Source of the DNA: Nageia nagi
Lineage: Eukaryota; Plantae; Pinophyta
DNA length: 64,000 nucleotides
Direction: 5' to 3'
Assembly: GCA_050084985.1 (NCBI GenBank)
Contig: JBITNC010000001.1
Span: 163,308,001-163,372,000 of the forward strand
Both the position numbers and the translations under genes were made by a program. The notes under the pieces were generated by a model. That model was not told the origin of the DNA. It did not search any database and was given only the letters and a program-made list of their open reading frames with translations. Positions 12,960 through 24,849 of this stretch are shown one piece after another (the stretch's first letter is position 1; the number at the start of each line of letters is the position of its first letter).

Positions 12960-15900
12960 TGTGATGTCCCCCTTGTACTTTAAGTGGGACTAGTCTAGTC
13001 ATCTTGTACTATATCTATTTGATGTATTTGCATTCACATTGTTGTAACTCATGATAGGAGTTTTAATGGGTCATGTGGACCCCATTGTGAGCCCCAAGTG
13101 GGATGTCTCCCTCTTGAGTAGTAAATCAGGCATGTATTGCATTGGAGATCCTAGATTGTGGGAATCCCAAGGTATGTTTATGCATTATAGTGATTGATGG
13201 CCACCAGCATGCTAGCACCACACTAGGGAGGGCCTTATACCCCCACGTTGGCTCATGAGGACTCTAGGACCCCCACATTGGCACTTTAAGTGCTAGGGAT
13301 CCCATGTTGGCATATTATGTGATCATGACCTCCATGTTGGCATTATGAGTGATCATAACCCCCATGTTGGCACTTTAAGTGATTGGACCCCCCAAATACC
13401 CAACATTGGATTACATGGGCTTGAGATGACTCCTAGGTGAGTTCTGGACACTAGTAATGTATAAATAAATATTGGAGCTTTAGTATTGGACAACCATTAT
13501 TACACATTACTTCTATTACAATCCTTTGGACACAAGTCTTAGCGGTGCTAAGCATTCCATTCTTAGGCAGAGTGTTTAAAGGGTAGTCAGGCATTGGGAC
13601 CCTGATTATCTATGACATTGGTGGAGCATCTTTTCCCATCCGATGGCATTCTGAGGGTTTACTTCTACCTTCTATGGTTATCTAGGTTTTGAGGAGGGCT
13701 CCTTTGGTGGGGAGGATTCAAGATATGAGGGAGTAAATATATACCATGGTTCTACAACTGTTCAGTGTTGCAGATTGCAAAGTGTTGTGCCCTAGTTAGC
13801 TCCCTTGAGGCCAACAACTACCCATTCAGCTTGGTATTGTATTTACTATCATTGTATATCATTCGTATAGCCAAAGGGCATTTGGGATCTCATGTTTACG
13901 TGTATTGCTTCATCTTATGCATGCGCTAGGTCTTGATGGTTGTATGTGTTTGTAATTATCATTTGAAGGGATCTGAATATGTTAGGGTTTGAATTATGCA
14001 TGTATAAGCCAAACAGTGGCATTCTGGGATTGTGTTCATTGATATATACTTGCATATGCTAGACATTAGCATTTTGGGTATCTAAATGTTGAATGTTAAT
14101 GCTCTAACCCTAACATTGCATGCTTTAGGATTTGAATGTGTGTATTGGATGCCCTAGACTTGACATTAGGGCTTGATGATCTTGCATTGCTGGTGTGAGC
14201 TTGGAATTTAATTTTTGGATCATCATAAGTGGTATCAGAGCCTGGATCTAGCTAGCCTATGCATGAGACCTAGAATCCATCGCTACTATACCAGATCTAG
14301 TGAGAGAGATGGCATCCTCTAGGAAGAGCGAAAGATCAGAGGAGACATTAGAGAGAGCCATCTGAGGTGAGGAGAGATGACCATGGATGAATGAGCTATT
14401 AGAAGAGAGGGATTCTAGTGATGAGGGAGATACACAAGGGGTGTAAGGAGATAGGTAAAGGACAAATAGAAGGAAAATCCCTACTTTGATTTGGGGATCC
14501 ACTCTCAAAAAGAAGTTTGATGTGCTAATATCTGCCATTCACAACATGATTGGGGTCATGTCTTCTATGCACTGGCATATATCTAGATATTGGGGAGATT
14601 TAGAGGATCTAGAGAGGTGCCAGTCAGCACCGCGGTATGCTAGAGATTATCAAAGAGCACATCGCCATGTCTCGGATGAGAGGGAGCACCCACGATTGGC
14701 TAAGGAGTAGCTATGTTGGGCCAGGATTGAGGAGGAGCACCCACATCTAGCCAAATATGACTAGGAGATCCCACATTTAGCTAGAGAGGGCAAAGGAGCC
14801 CCATGTTTGACCAAAGGAGATGAAGATGACTAGATTGAGGAGGATCAATTTGATCTAGATCATAGTTTGAGGATATCAAGGAGCTTGAGGGATAGCGAAT
14901 CCACCCATCATGGGTTGTTGGAGAAACTAGAGGCCACATTCTTGAGATTTCACTCACATAGGGCACCCCAAGGTACAAACTCTCTCCTAGGGAGGTACCC
15001 GGAGGAGGAAGTTGGTAGAATTAAGGAGCAACCAATGATTTTGAATCCATCCAAACCCATGTTTGCACAAAAGGCAAGGGAGGCTTTGAAGAGCACGATG
15101 CCTAGTCCATGGAGTTGAACTAAATCTTCAGAGAGTATTCCATGTTGGATCATGATATGAGGAGAGATTTCAACTTCAATGGCTATATTGAGCTCTTGGG
15201 GTTGAAAGGTAGAAGTGCACATGGCCCACGACATTCAGTGAGCTAGTGGGAGGAGAAGAAGGAATTGCAGCATAAGATCAGTAAGATGCAAGTGCCTTTA
15301 TATGATGGGAAGAAGATGATGGATAGGGCATGGCTACATTAACTACAAACTTATTTCACACTAAACCCTAGAATGGTGGAGGAGGATGCGATTCTCTTTG
15401 CATCATTGCACTTGGAGGGTGATGCCCTATAGTGGTGGTAACATGACGTGATCGACCAGGGGTAGTCACTCATCACCTCGTTCTATGAGTTTTCTAGGAG
15501 ATTGGCAAAGAGATTTTATTGAAAGAAGGAGAATGATTATTTCCAAGATTTGATGACTTTGAGATAGTTAGGAGCAGTGGATGAATTTGTGATGGATTTC
15601 TAAAGGATAACCATCATGATCCATCACATTTCATAGGAGAGGTTGGATTTCCTCTTCGTTGAGGGGTTTACGAAGTTGTTGAGGGATGGTCAAGGTGTCC
15701 TCCTAGGCGCCTTGACGATGCTATCCGATAAGCCTACAACTTGGGGGAGGATCGATTTCCAAGGGGCCAGCTAATTGAAAGCCATTTTATAAGGGGCCTA
15801 GTAGGGCCAAGACACTTCCTTCATCTAGATCAGATCAATTGGATGTAGCTACATGAAGGAAGCTGAGAGAAGAGGGCAAGTGCTTCTATTGCAAGAAGAC

Positions 15901-17999
15901 TTGGGATCTCAGGCATCGTTGTTTGGGGAAAGGACAAGTGCACTATATTGAGGTATTTTCAGAGGAGGAGTCAAAGGAACTCAGATTTGGAGTTGGGAGT
16001 TAATGTTGAGGATCCAAGGTCACCACAAGTGGAGGGCATGCTAGGAAGCATGATTGCTTCATTTCATGGGGTGAAGAAGTACCTAACTTTGAAGATTATG
16101 GAACAGGTGGGTGAACGGGATGTGATTGTGTTGATAGATCTTGGAGCATCCCACAACTTCATTGATGCTGGTTTTGCAAAGTGAAAGATTTTGAATACTA
16201 AGGCATTTGAGGGGTTTCGAGTTTCCAATGCTAATGGGAAACTCACCTTGGTTGATCACATTGTGGAGTGATTTGGAGTGAGGTTGTAGAGCTATGTAGT
16301 GAGGATGGACTTTTGCATCTACGCTTTGAAGGGGCATCCTCATATCATTCTTAGAGTGTAATGGTTGTTTGACTTAGGGAATATTCATACCAACTATCAG
16401 AATTTCACCATGAGTTTCAAAATAGATGGTAAGACACACAAACTGCAAGGAATCTGATATGATTATCCACATGTGGACAACAATCAGTTAGAGGTGATTG
16501 AATGGTATCAATAGGATTAGGCTGAAGGAGTGGCCATGTTGTAGTAGGAGGAACCAGGAGGGGCCATAATGGATCATGGGGGAGTTAGGACCCTAATGTT
16601 GGGCTCATTGGAACATTTCCACCCCACATTGGGTATGGAGGTATACTAACCCATGTTGAGCTTCCTAAGGAGAAACCACCCCATGTGGAGCATCTGGGAG
16701 GCATATGTTGCCACATTGAGCTACCAGGAGGATCACTATCCCACATTGAGCATCTAGAAGATTTGTGATCCCATGTTGGGCATCACAAGAGGATTGGAGC
16801 CCCACATTGAGGATCATGGAGGCCAAAGTTGTTGCTGAGAGGTGTCATGATGATGGGAACCCCACATTGAGGATGGAGGAAGTTGTGTTTATTGTTGAGA
16901 GGTGTCATGGTGATACACACCCATTGTCAAGCTTAAGGAAGGCTACATTCCCCTCATGGAGGTTTCAAGAGCTTGAGGAGGAGGAGATTTCTTGCCTCAC
17001 ACTAGCCATGAGGAGCTTGGGAGTTTTTGAGTGGAGCCTAGGCTCTACTTGCTTTTCACTGACTATTATCTTTCCTAGGTTTTTGTAGGTACAGTTTAGC
17101 CTTGGTGTGCATGTGCTCTCATAGCTATGGAGGATCATCACCAATAATCTACTAAGGAGTGATCGGTATATCAGACTAGATATTTTACCACTTGCATTGA
17201 GATAGGAGCATGGAGCTCCAGCCGTCCACTCCTCACCACCATCCAACATGGTGCATATTGAAATTGCATTTCGTCACCATGTGCTTCGGTTGATAGTTTC
17301 AAAGGATGCATGGGAGACTAGATGTTGTGATCTTCTATGATTACTTGAGGGCAAGCAATTTGAGAGGGGAGGCTTTGTGACATCCCCCTTATACTTTTAG
17401 TGGAACCAATCTGGTCATCTTATATTATATCTATTTGACGTATTTCCATTTACATTTGTAACTTTTTAATGGGTCATGTGGACCCCATTGTGAGCCCTAA
17501 GTGGGAAGTCTCCCTCTTGAGTAGTAGATTAGGCATGTGTTGCATTGGAGATATTGAATTGTGGGAATCCCAAGGTTGTTTATGCATTATAGTGATTGAT
17601 GATCACTAGCATGCTAACACCACACTAGGGAGGGCTCCGTACCTCCACGTTGACTCATGAGGACTCTAAGACCCCCATGTTGGCAATTTAAGTTCTAGGG
17701 ACCCCATGTTTGCATATTATGTGATCATGACCTCCACATTAGTATTATGAGTGATCATAATCCCCATATTGGCATTTTAAGTGATTGGACCCCCCATATA
17801 CTCAATGTTGGTTTAGATGGGCTTGGGATGACTCCTAAGTGAGTTTCGAACATAAGTAATGTATAAATAAACATTAGAGCTTTAGTATTGGACAACAATT
17901 ATTACACATTACTTCTATTACAATCCTTCAGACACAAGTATTAGTGATGCTATGCATTCCATTCCTAGGTGAAGCGTTTAGAGGGTAGTCAAGCATTGG
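12960..17999 (+). mobile_element. LTR retrotransposon B (gag + protease only, TR-GAG-like), nested in the 5' LTR of A
   Basis: 5' LTR 12960-14227; PBS TGGTATCAGAGCC (tRNA-iMet) 14230-14242; PPT GAGAGGGGAGGCTT; 3' LTR 17376-~17999 (truncated). Confidence 0.88.
15270..16460 (+). pseudogene. Degraded Ty3/gypsy gag, zinc knuckle and aspartic protease of element B
   Basis: VPLYDG..AWLH*LQTYF..ILFASLHLEGDAL*WW; KLREEGKCFYCKKTWDLRHRC; VIVLIDLGASHNFID; many stops. Confidence 0.85.
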
Positions 18000-18407
18000 C
18001 ATTATTTGGATGCCCTAAACCAAACGTTAGGGTTTATTTAATTAAATTTGCTAATTTGCACTTAAGATTACATTTTGGGTCTTATAGTGGTATCAAATCT
18101 TAGATCTAGGCAACTTGTGTGGTGAGATCTAGCTAGAAGCAAATTGAACCAGTAGATCGAGAGGTCCTGTACTTAAAAGGCTAGTTTCGAGTTCTAGATG
18201 ATAATTTTTCAAAAAAAGTTTGAATCCTTATACTAAGTTGTCTAGGGTATGGAGAATATATTTGCAGTTTTGAAAGTTATTTCCAGGTATAAAAAGTTTT
18301 GATCTATTATCATGGCTAATTAGAAAAAATTAATATGAAAATTTTAGATTTTGTGCTAGGGTTTTTTAAAGTTCAGCTAGATTTGTATTCTATTTGAAGC
18401 AATTAGG

Positions 18408-21400
18408 TTGGCACCAATAGAAAAATATATTCTATCCATATCTACATTCTATATATGGAAATTAGAATTGGGAGAAATCTTAGTGAAGAATTTAGTCATC
18501 GAGCTAACCGAGAAAGGTGTTTGTCAAAATGAAACAAATAAACTATTATGGCATCTCAATACGTATTATGAAAAAGAAATATGGAAGAAGAAAGAAATCA
18601 TGGGGAGTAAGGAGGAATCTCAAATTCCACCCCCACCATCATGGACACATGAAACACCACTAAGGGTAAAGCTTCTACCCCAAATCTATCAAGGGACTTC
18701 CAACAAATTTAGGGAACAAATAAGGTTTTAGCTTTATTTGGGTCTATTGGGTTAAGGGGCATATGAGTTGGCAAAGGAGTTTGGAGAGACTTGCAAAGGT
18801 AAGAAGGAGGCTAGGTCTACCCCTATGGCCAAGATGGAGGCATCACCAATTGCTTGGAAAGAGAATGCACACTCTTTACAACATCCCTTGCATCATTGTG
18901 AGACTTTGATAAGCCATGTTGATACCCCAAAAAGGTATGAAAGTAATTCTAATTTTTATGTTTGTAATTCAAAAATTTTCCGTAGTGTTGTTGAAAGTAA
19001 TAATATTGGAAAGAAAGAGGAAAGAGCCATTGTTGTTCCAGATTTGGTTTCTGGAAATATTTATGAGGAAAATGAAGATGGCTTTAAGTATACTATGGAG
19101 GAAGATAAAGATTGCAAAGAGGAGAATGCTATTTTAGATCTTGGAAACTCAAAAATCATTGGCCAAGGAATTGCACCACTACATGAGGTATGTCTAGCAG
19201 AGCTTCAAAATGGTTCCTTTGAAGTACACTCACTTCATATGTTGTGAAAGAGCATATGCATATTGGAGTTTCTAGATTAGCTTGCAAAAATGTCCACACT
19301 AGTTTCATGTATTTGATTTTGAAGTATATTGTGTGGGAAAGATCAATTCTTCATATTATTCATAATACCTTTTTAGTTCCTTGGGATCTAGGTGTTTTGG
19401 TACCCAAGTATGGTGAGGTTATGAAGGCAATTGAAGGCTTCTCTTTTATAGTACTAGCTTATAAGAAAAATATGACAACATTGTATGAGGATGTGGGATC
19501 ATCTCTCACCCTTGGAGTGAGGTCCATGAGTTTATAATCTTGGAGGGATTTAGCACCATGGATCGATAGGGATCTAAACTTGAGAATGTACATCTTGCTT
19601 TGAGAAGGTATGACTTGTTTTTCAATTCTATTTTGCTGATTACTAATCTTGTTTTTAGCATGAACAACAACTACATACAAAATAAAAGAAATATTGGTGT
19701 TAGCTACAACACTTACCACCTTTTAGAGGTGTTTTGGGCTCCAACATACAAGATTGGAAGTCCACACTTGCTGACCTTTATGATAGATCTATACATGCAT
19801 ATTTCCCAAGTAAATTTTCAAGAAATGGTGCCTCAAAAGAAAATTAAATGCTTATCTCTTAGAGAAGGAAGTTCGTGGTTGATGGAAGGATTATTAGCTC
19901 ACATTATTGCTACACATTGCACATTTTGAGGGTTACTATTACGCATAGTTTGAGGACTGTTAGAAGCATCCTTAATTTAGAAATCAACATTCATGTTTGC
20001 AAAGGGGCTATTGCAATTACTTTTGAGATTAAGTTTGTTGAGCATACAAGGGATGTTCCTTTTAAAGATGCATTACATAAGGATTCTTGGATTGTTGTGT
20101 TTTACTTTGCCATATTTCTTGGTGCAATTTGGGCTACACATAAAAGATAATTGAGATAGCAGCATGCAAGGAAGTTGGGAAAGCTTTGAGAAGGAAATTA
20201 GGTGACCAAATAATGATAATTTGGAGTAACAATTAATTGGTTTTTAGGATTGATTCTTGGATTGTATATGAAACTATTTTGAGAATGAATTTTGACATAA
20301 AGAGTACAAATTACTTGCTGATTCTAGGAGCTGCATTTGAGAAGACAATGGAAATGGAAACCTTGAGTAAGTTGAGGTCATCTTGCATCTTGAATGGGGT
20401 TGTAACTTCAGCACTTTGTGGGATGGAATTGGCATTGAATTTTATGTTACATGGGCTAATAGGTGAGATAGTAAAGGTTGAACTTATAGTTGATGCAAGA
20501 GGGACTATTGAAGATGGTATAAGGAATGTTTTTACTTGATAGGGGCTTCCTATGACTAGGGAATATCTATCATCACTACAATAATAATTATCGTTGCATT
20601 TGATGATTTGTTAGCAATTGTGTGTAGAGAGACAATAAGGGATGCAAAATTAAGGACTAATTTCCATAATTGTAGACCTATACACATTGTTGAAGGCAAA
20701 TGTAGAATCACTTCATCAAGGAAGAAAATAGCTCATCATTCAATATATCATTGGGGAAGTTACTCAAGACTTTTTGCAGTACCTTTTATGATTAATTTAG
20801 AGAAAGAAAGGTGTGTACCGAGGGCTGCGTTTGATATCCAAAGGCTGTTGAATGTTTGGAAACTCCTTTCCTCACTAGCCAAAGATAATTTAGACCCCAA
20901 TGTGGGAGTGGAAAAGCTTTTCATTAGTAAAGAGTACATGTATGCTACTCACACTAATGACTTAAGCCCTAATGTTCCTATTTGGAATTGCACATTTGCT
21001 GCATTTTGTAATGGACTTGCCATTTTTAGTTTGATCGTTGATGGTGCTTTGAGGAACCATAAGCTTATTGTCATTTGGTGCTTAATGAAAGAAAAAGGAA
21101 TTGCTCTTATGGATCATATTTCATACATATTACATGTTGTAGAATGCATCATGGAGAGCTATTTGAGGGCTACAAATGAAGTACAAATCTCAAACCTTGA
21201 TGCCTTTGACCAGATGCCATATTTTTAATAAATGAGATGGTTGATTTTTGGAGGGGAACATTTATTATTGATTGGATACTCATTAGATCACATTCTTGCT
21301 TCACATTGCATGGTTTGAGGAATGGATTACGTGAGGAAAAATCAACAACATTTGGAAAGGTTGCCACCCTAATTTTACACCCCATTTTGTGCTCATCATG

Positions 21401-21730
21401 GATAGTGTTGGAGCATAGAGGGGTTTTTGGTTTTCCAGACCTTTTTGGTGACTTTGATCACATGGAGGAGGTTGCATATCCTTACAGATTGATAGTTGCT
21501 TGCATTTCAGATGTTAACATGCATGTTGGGGTGTTGGCTTTACCTCACTTTGAATATAATAATTCACTTTTGAGGATTATTAGGCATAATCTTAAGGCTG
21601 AGTTTGTTGGATGCATAATTGGTATCACTTCTTCACTAGAGCATGATGGACTCTATTGTTTGAGATGGTTTTGGGACCCTGTATTGTATTGTAATTGCTT
21701 GAGGGCAAGCGATTTTGAGAGGGAAGGCTT
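18408..21730 (+). pseudogene. Long frameshifted coding-like region of unknown function inside element A
   Basis: Eight consecutive plus-strand ORFs of 91-206 aa tile the interval between PBS and PPT; no gag/pol motif recognised. Confidence 0.45.
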
Positions 21731-24700
21731 TGTGACATTCTCTTTGGATAATTGTAATTAATTATGGAATCCTATAGATTTCCCCTTTTGTATAATTAAT
21801 TACTTATTATTCTTTATTAGTTACTACTTGGGATATAATACTTAATAGGTTATTGGACCCCACTTTGAACCCTAAGTGGGATGTCTCCCTCCCAAGCATA
21901 GATTAGGAATTTATTGTACTTGGAGATCATGATCATGATTATGGGAATCCTAAGTTTTTTTTTAGTACTTAGATGGATGGATGAGAGCTTATGTACATGC
22001 ACCAGCCTTGGAAAGACTTATAGACCCCCATATTGGCCCATGATGACATCTAATCCCCATGTATGGATCATATACCCACATTAGGCATGCGTGGCACTCT
22101 ACACCCCCATGTTGGTATTTATGGCACTCTAGGCTCCCATGTAGGCATGCTTTACCCCTAGGCACCCATGTTGGGCATTATGGCCCCCAAGAGGCTAACA
22201 TTGGAATTAAGGAGCTGGGTAATGAATCCTAGATGAGATCTAGATCTAGTAAAGTGTTATAAAAAGGAATTGGAGCCTCATAGTTGGATATACCTAATTA
22301 TTATTATTATATATTGATACCATCCTATGGATACAAGTCTTAGCAGTGCTAAGAAGTCCCCTATGTTCAAAATATAGGAGGGTTATCAAGTTGAGGGATC
22401 ATGTAGCCTACGATATTATTGTAATATCCTTGCACATTCGATGGTATTTAGAGGTTATGCTTATACTTTCAATGGTTATTGAGATTAGAAGAGGGATACT
22501 TCAATGGAGAGGATTCAGGTTTTGAGGGAGAAATACTATCTCATGGTTCTATCATCTATCCAATAGTGAGAGACATCAATTGTGCCCTAGTTGACTCCTT
22601 AGAGGCCAATGTCTAGCTCTGGAACTTGCTATTGTATTGTTATTCATTGTTTGTCATACATACAACCATTGGACATTTGAATCTCATATTGTGTTGTGCT
22701 TGTTTCCATTATTGTAACATTATGGTATACATGTCCATTTATGCATGTATGAGCCAAACATTAGCAAAATATCAAAGTAAATTTGGGTTGCAAGATAAAT
22801 GATATTAGTAATGATGTCAGCACGATGTAGGAAGATGTAATATTCCAAATTATAAAAATTAAAAATTACCATAAATTATATCAAGAAAAATATGGATGCT
22901 AAGAACTCAAATATAATATTATTGATTCTCAAGAGATAAGTACAAATCATCCAGATGCCTTAGAGGGCTAGATGTCACACTAGAAATGCCCCAAATGTTG
23001 ATACAATGGACAATATGGTTGGACATTTTGCTTACTAGATAGATCTAGTATGTATATATATAGGCTATATATGTCTCTCCAATCCTAATGTCACACTCCT
23101 GGGCTTATGATCACACTAAACTTAATAATGAAGGTATTCTCACAAGGTGTCCAGAGCTTAATGAGGCCTCAATAATGACAGGAGATTGATGAGGTCCATC
23201 GAGGGCATGAAATCTTAGTAAGGCTTTTGATCCTAAAGGTAAAGGATGGCAATGTCCAATTAGCAAATAAAATGATTGATCATACAAATATATCCCTATC
23301 CCATTTGTCCACTTCTCCTTATACCCAAATGTTACACCTAAAGGCTAGACATCCACCTTGGGATCCCCACATTGCCTTGGATCATGCATGTTTGGATGTT
23401 GGGCATGATTTTCCTCATAGTCATGGAAATCACTCCTATATGTCCTACATACCTTACTCTCCTCAAGGTAGTCCCTCTTAGGGCTAACAATTATCCTTGA
23501 TATCTAAAAAAAATAATAATAAATGGGCCTAATCTTTGCTAAAAGAGGGGATTTACAAATAATAATAAAAAGTCACTCCTAATTAATTACAAAGCATAAT
23601 TTTGGATTTATTTAATTATGTAATTTGTGAAAGAATTGAACTATAAAATAAGAAACTCTAAACTCCAAAGATCACATGAAAGCTAATTCACATCTAATAA
23701 ACTCACAAAGTAATGTCACAAAGATAACTCAAGATGTAAGTGGTTCCTCCAACTAGGAGTACATCCACTAATTAGATTTCACTTCTTAATAAATATGAAC
23801 TCTTACAATCCTCTTAAACTTTTCTCCTAAACACTATTCTATAGCATAACTTTAATCTATAAATTGGTGTTTGATTCAAAGAGGAATCCTTCTATTTATA
23901 TGCCAAAATGCTTCTTTGGATCAATCTTTTACCTAATGTGCAAAACCATGACATGCACATCTTTTTACCTAAGGGGTATTTTCATGACATGGAGTGTAGG
24001 ATAAGTTACATTATCATATTCAATTAAATACTTAAAGCATCAAATGATACCCTTAAGTATTAATGAATTTATAAAGAGAATTATTACAAAACCTTTACAA
24101 TAATGCATTATACATTCCAACACTCCCCCTTAATGCAATATTGGGATAGAGCAAAATAGAAGAGAAGAAGAAGAGAAAGTAAGAGAGTTCTCATCCAAAT
24201 AGAAACAATTAGAGATGAGAAATTTTTACATATTTTTGAAGTAAGCAAGATCTAGTTGAAGAATCAATAATTTTTCAAATACAATCATTAACCATAATTG
24301 GTTTAAATCTACATGAAGTAGTCATCCAATTGAAAGTCATAAAGAGTCTCCAAGATCTTGCATACAAAAAGTAACTTGCAATATTAAAGGAACTTGTAGG
24401 TCATAGGTAGCTCAAATAACAAGATCAGTTAGATGTAACATATTCATATCAACAAGGATATATGAATCACACAAATGCCATCATGAACTGATCAATGATG
24501 CACTATAAATCATCATAAAGATGCTAAGCTAAAAAACTCATAGTCTCCTACTGTATATAAAACATGTGTTGATTATCATTACAATATAGAGCATGTACAT
24601 ACAAGTTCCTCACATATGGATAACTGAACAGTGTTAGAAAAACACATAAGAGTTTTTCACATATGGATAACTGAACAGTGCTAGATCTGCCAATCTTTTG

Positions 24701-24849
24701 ATTTAAAAAAATTGTACGATAAGTTCCTCATATAGAGTGAACTTACCATGAAGGTGTACAACAAAATCAACAATATACAACACAAAATCCTCCTAGGGGT
24801 GAAGTTGTCATCACAAACATGAATTCATCACAAGAATTCAAACTTCACT

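Larger units (their letters stand above)
11922..22766 (+). mobile_element. LTR retrotransposon A (non-autonomous gypsy-like); 5' LTR split by element B; 3' LTR truncated
   Basis: LTR copies start TGTGACAT at 11922 and 21731 and align for ~1 kb. 5' LTR remainder ~18000-18086 is followed by PBS-like TGGTATCAAATC (18088). PPT GAGAGGGAAGGCTT precedes 21731. No RT/INT motifs seen inside. Confidence 0.85.

Noticed and set aside
12205-13410. ~30-bp periodic repeats as a CRISPR array
   Set aside because: Degenerate tandem units inside plant LTRs, no unique spacers, no cas genes.
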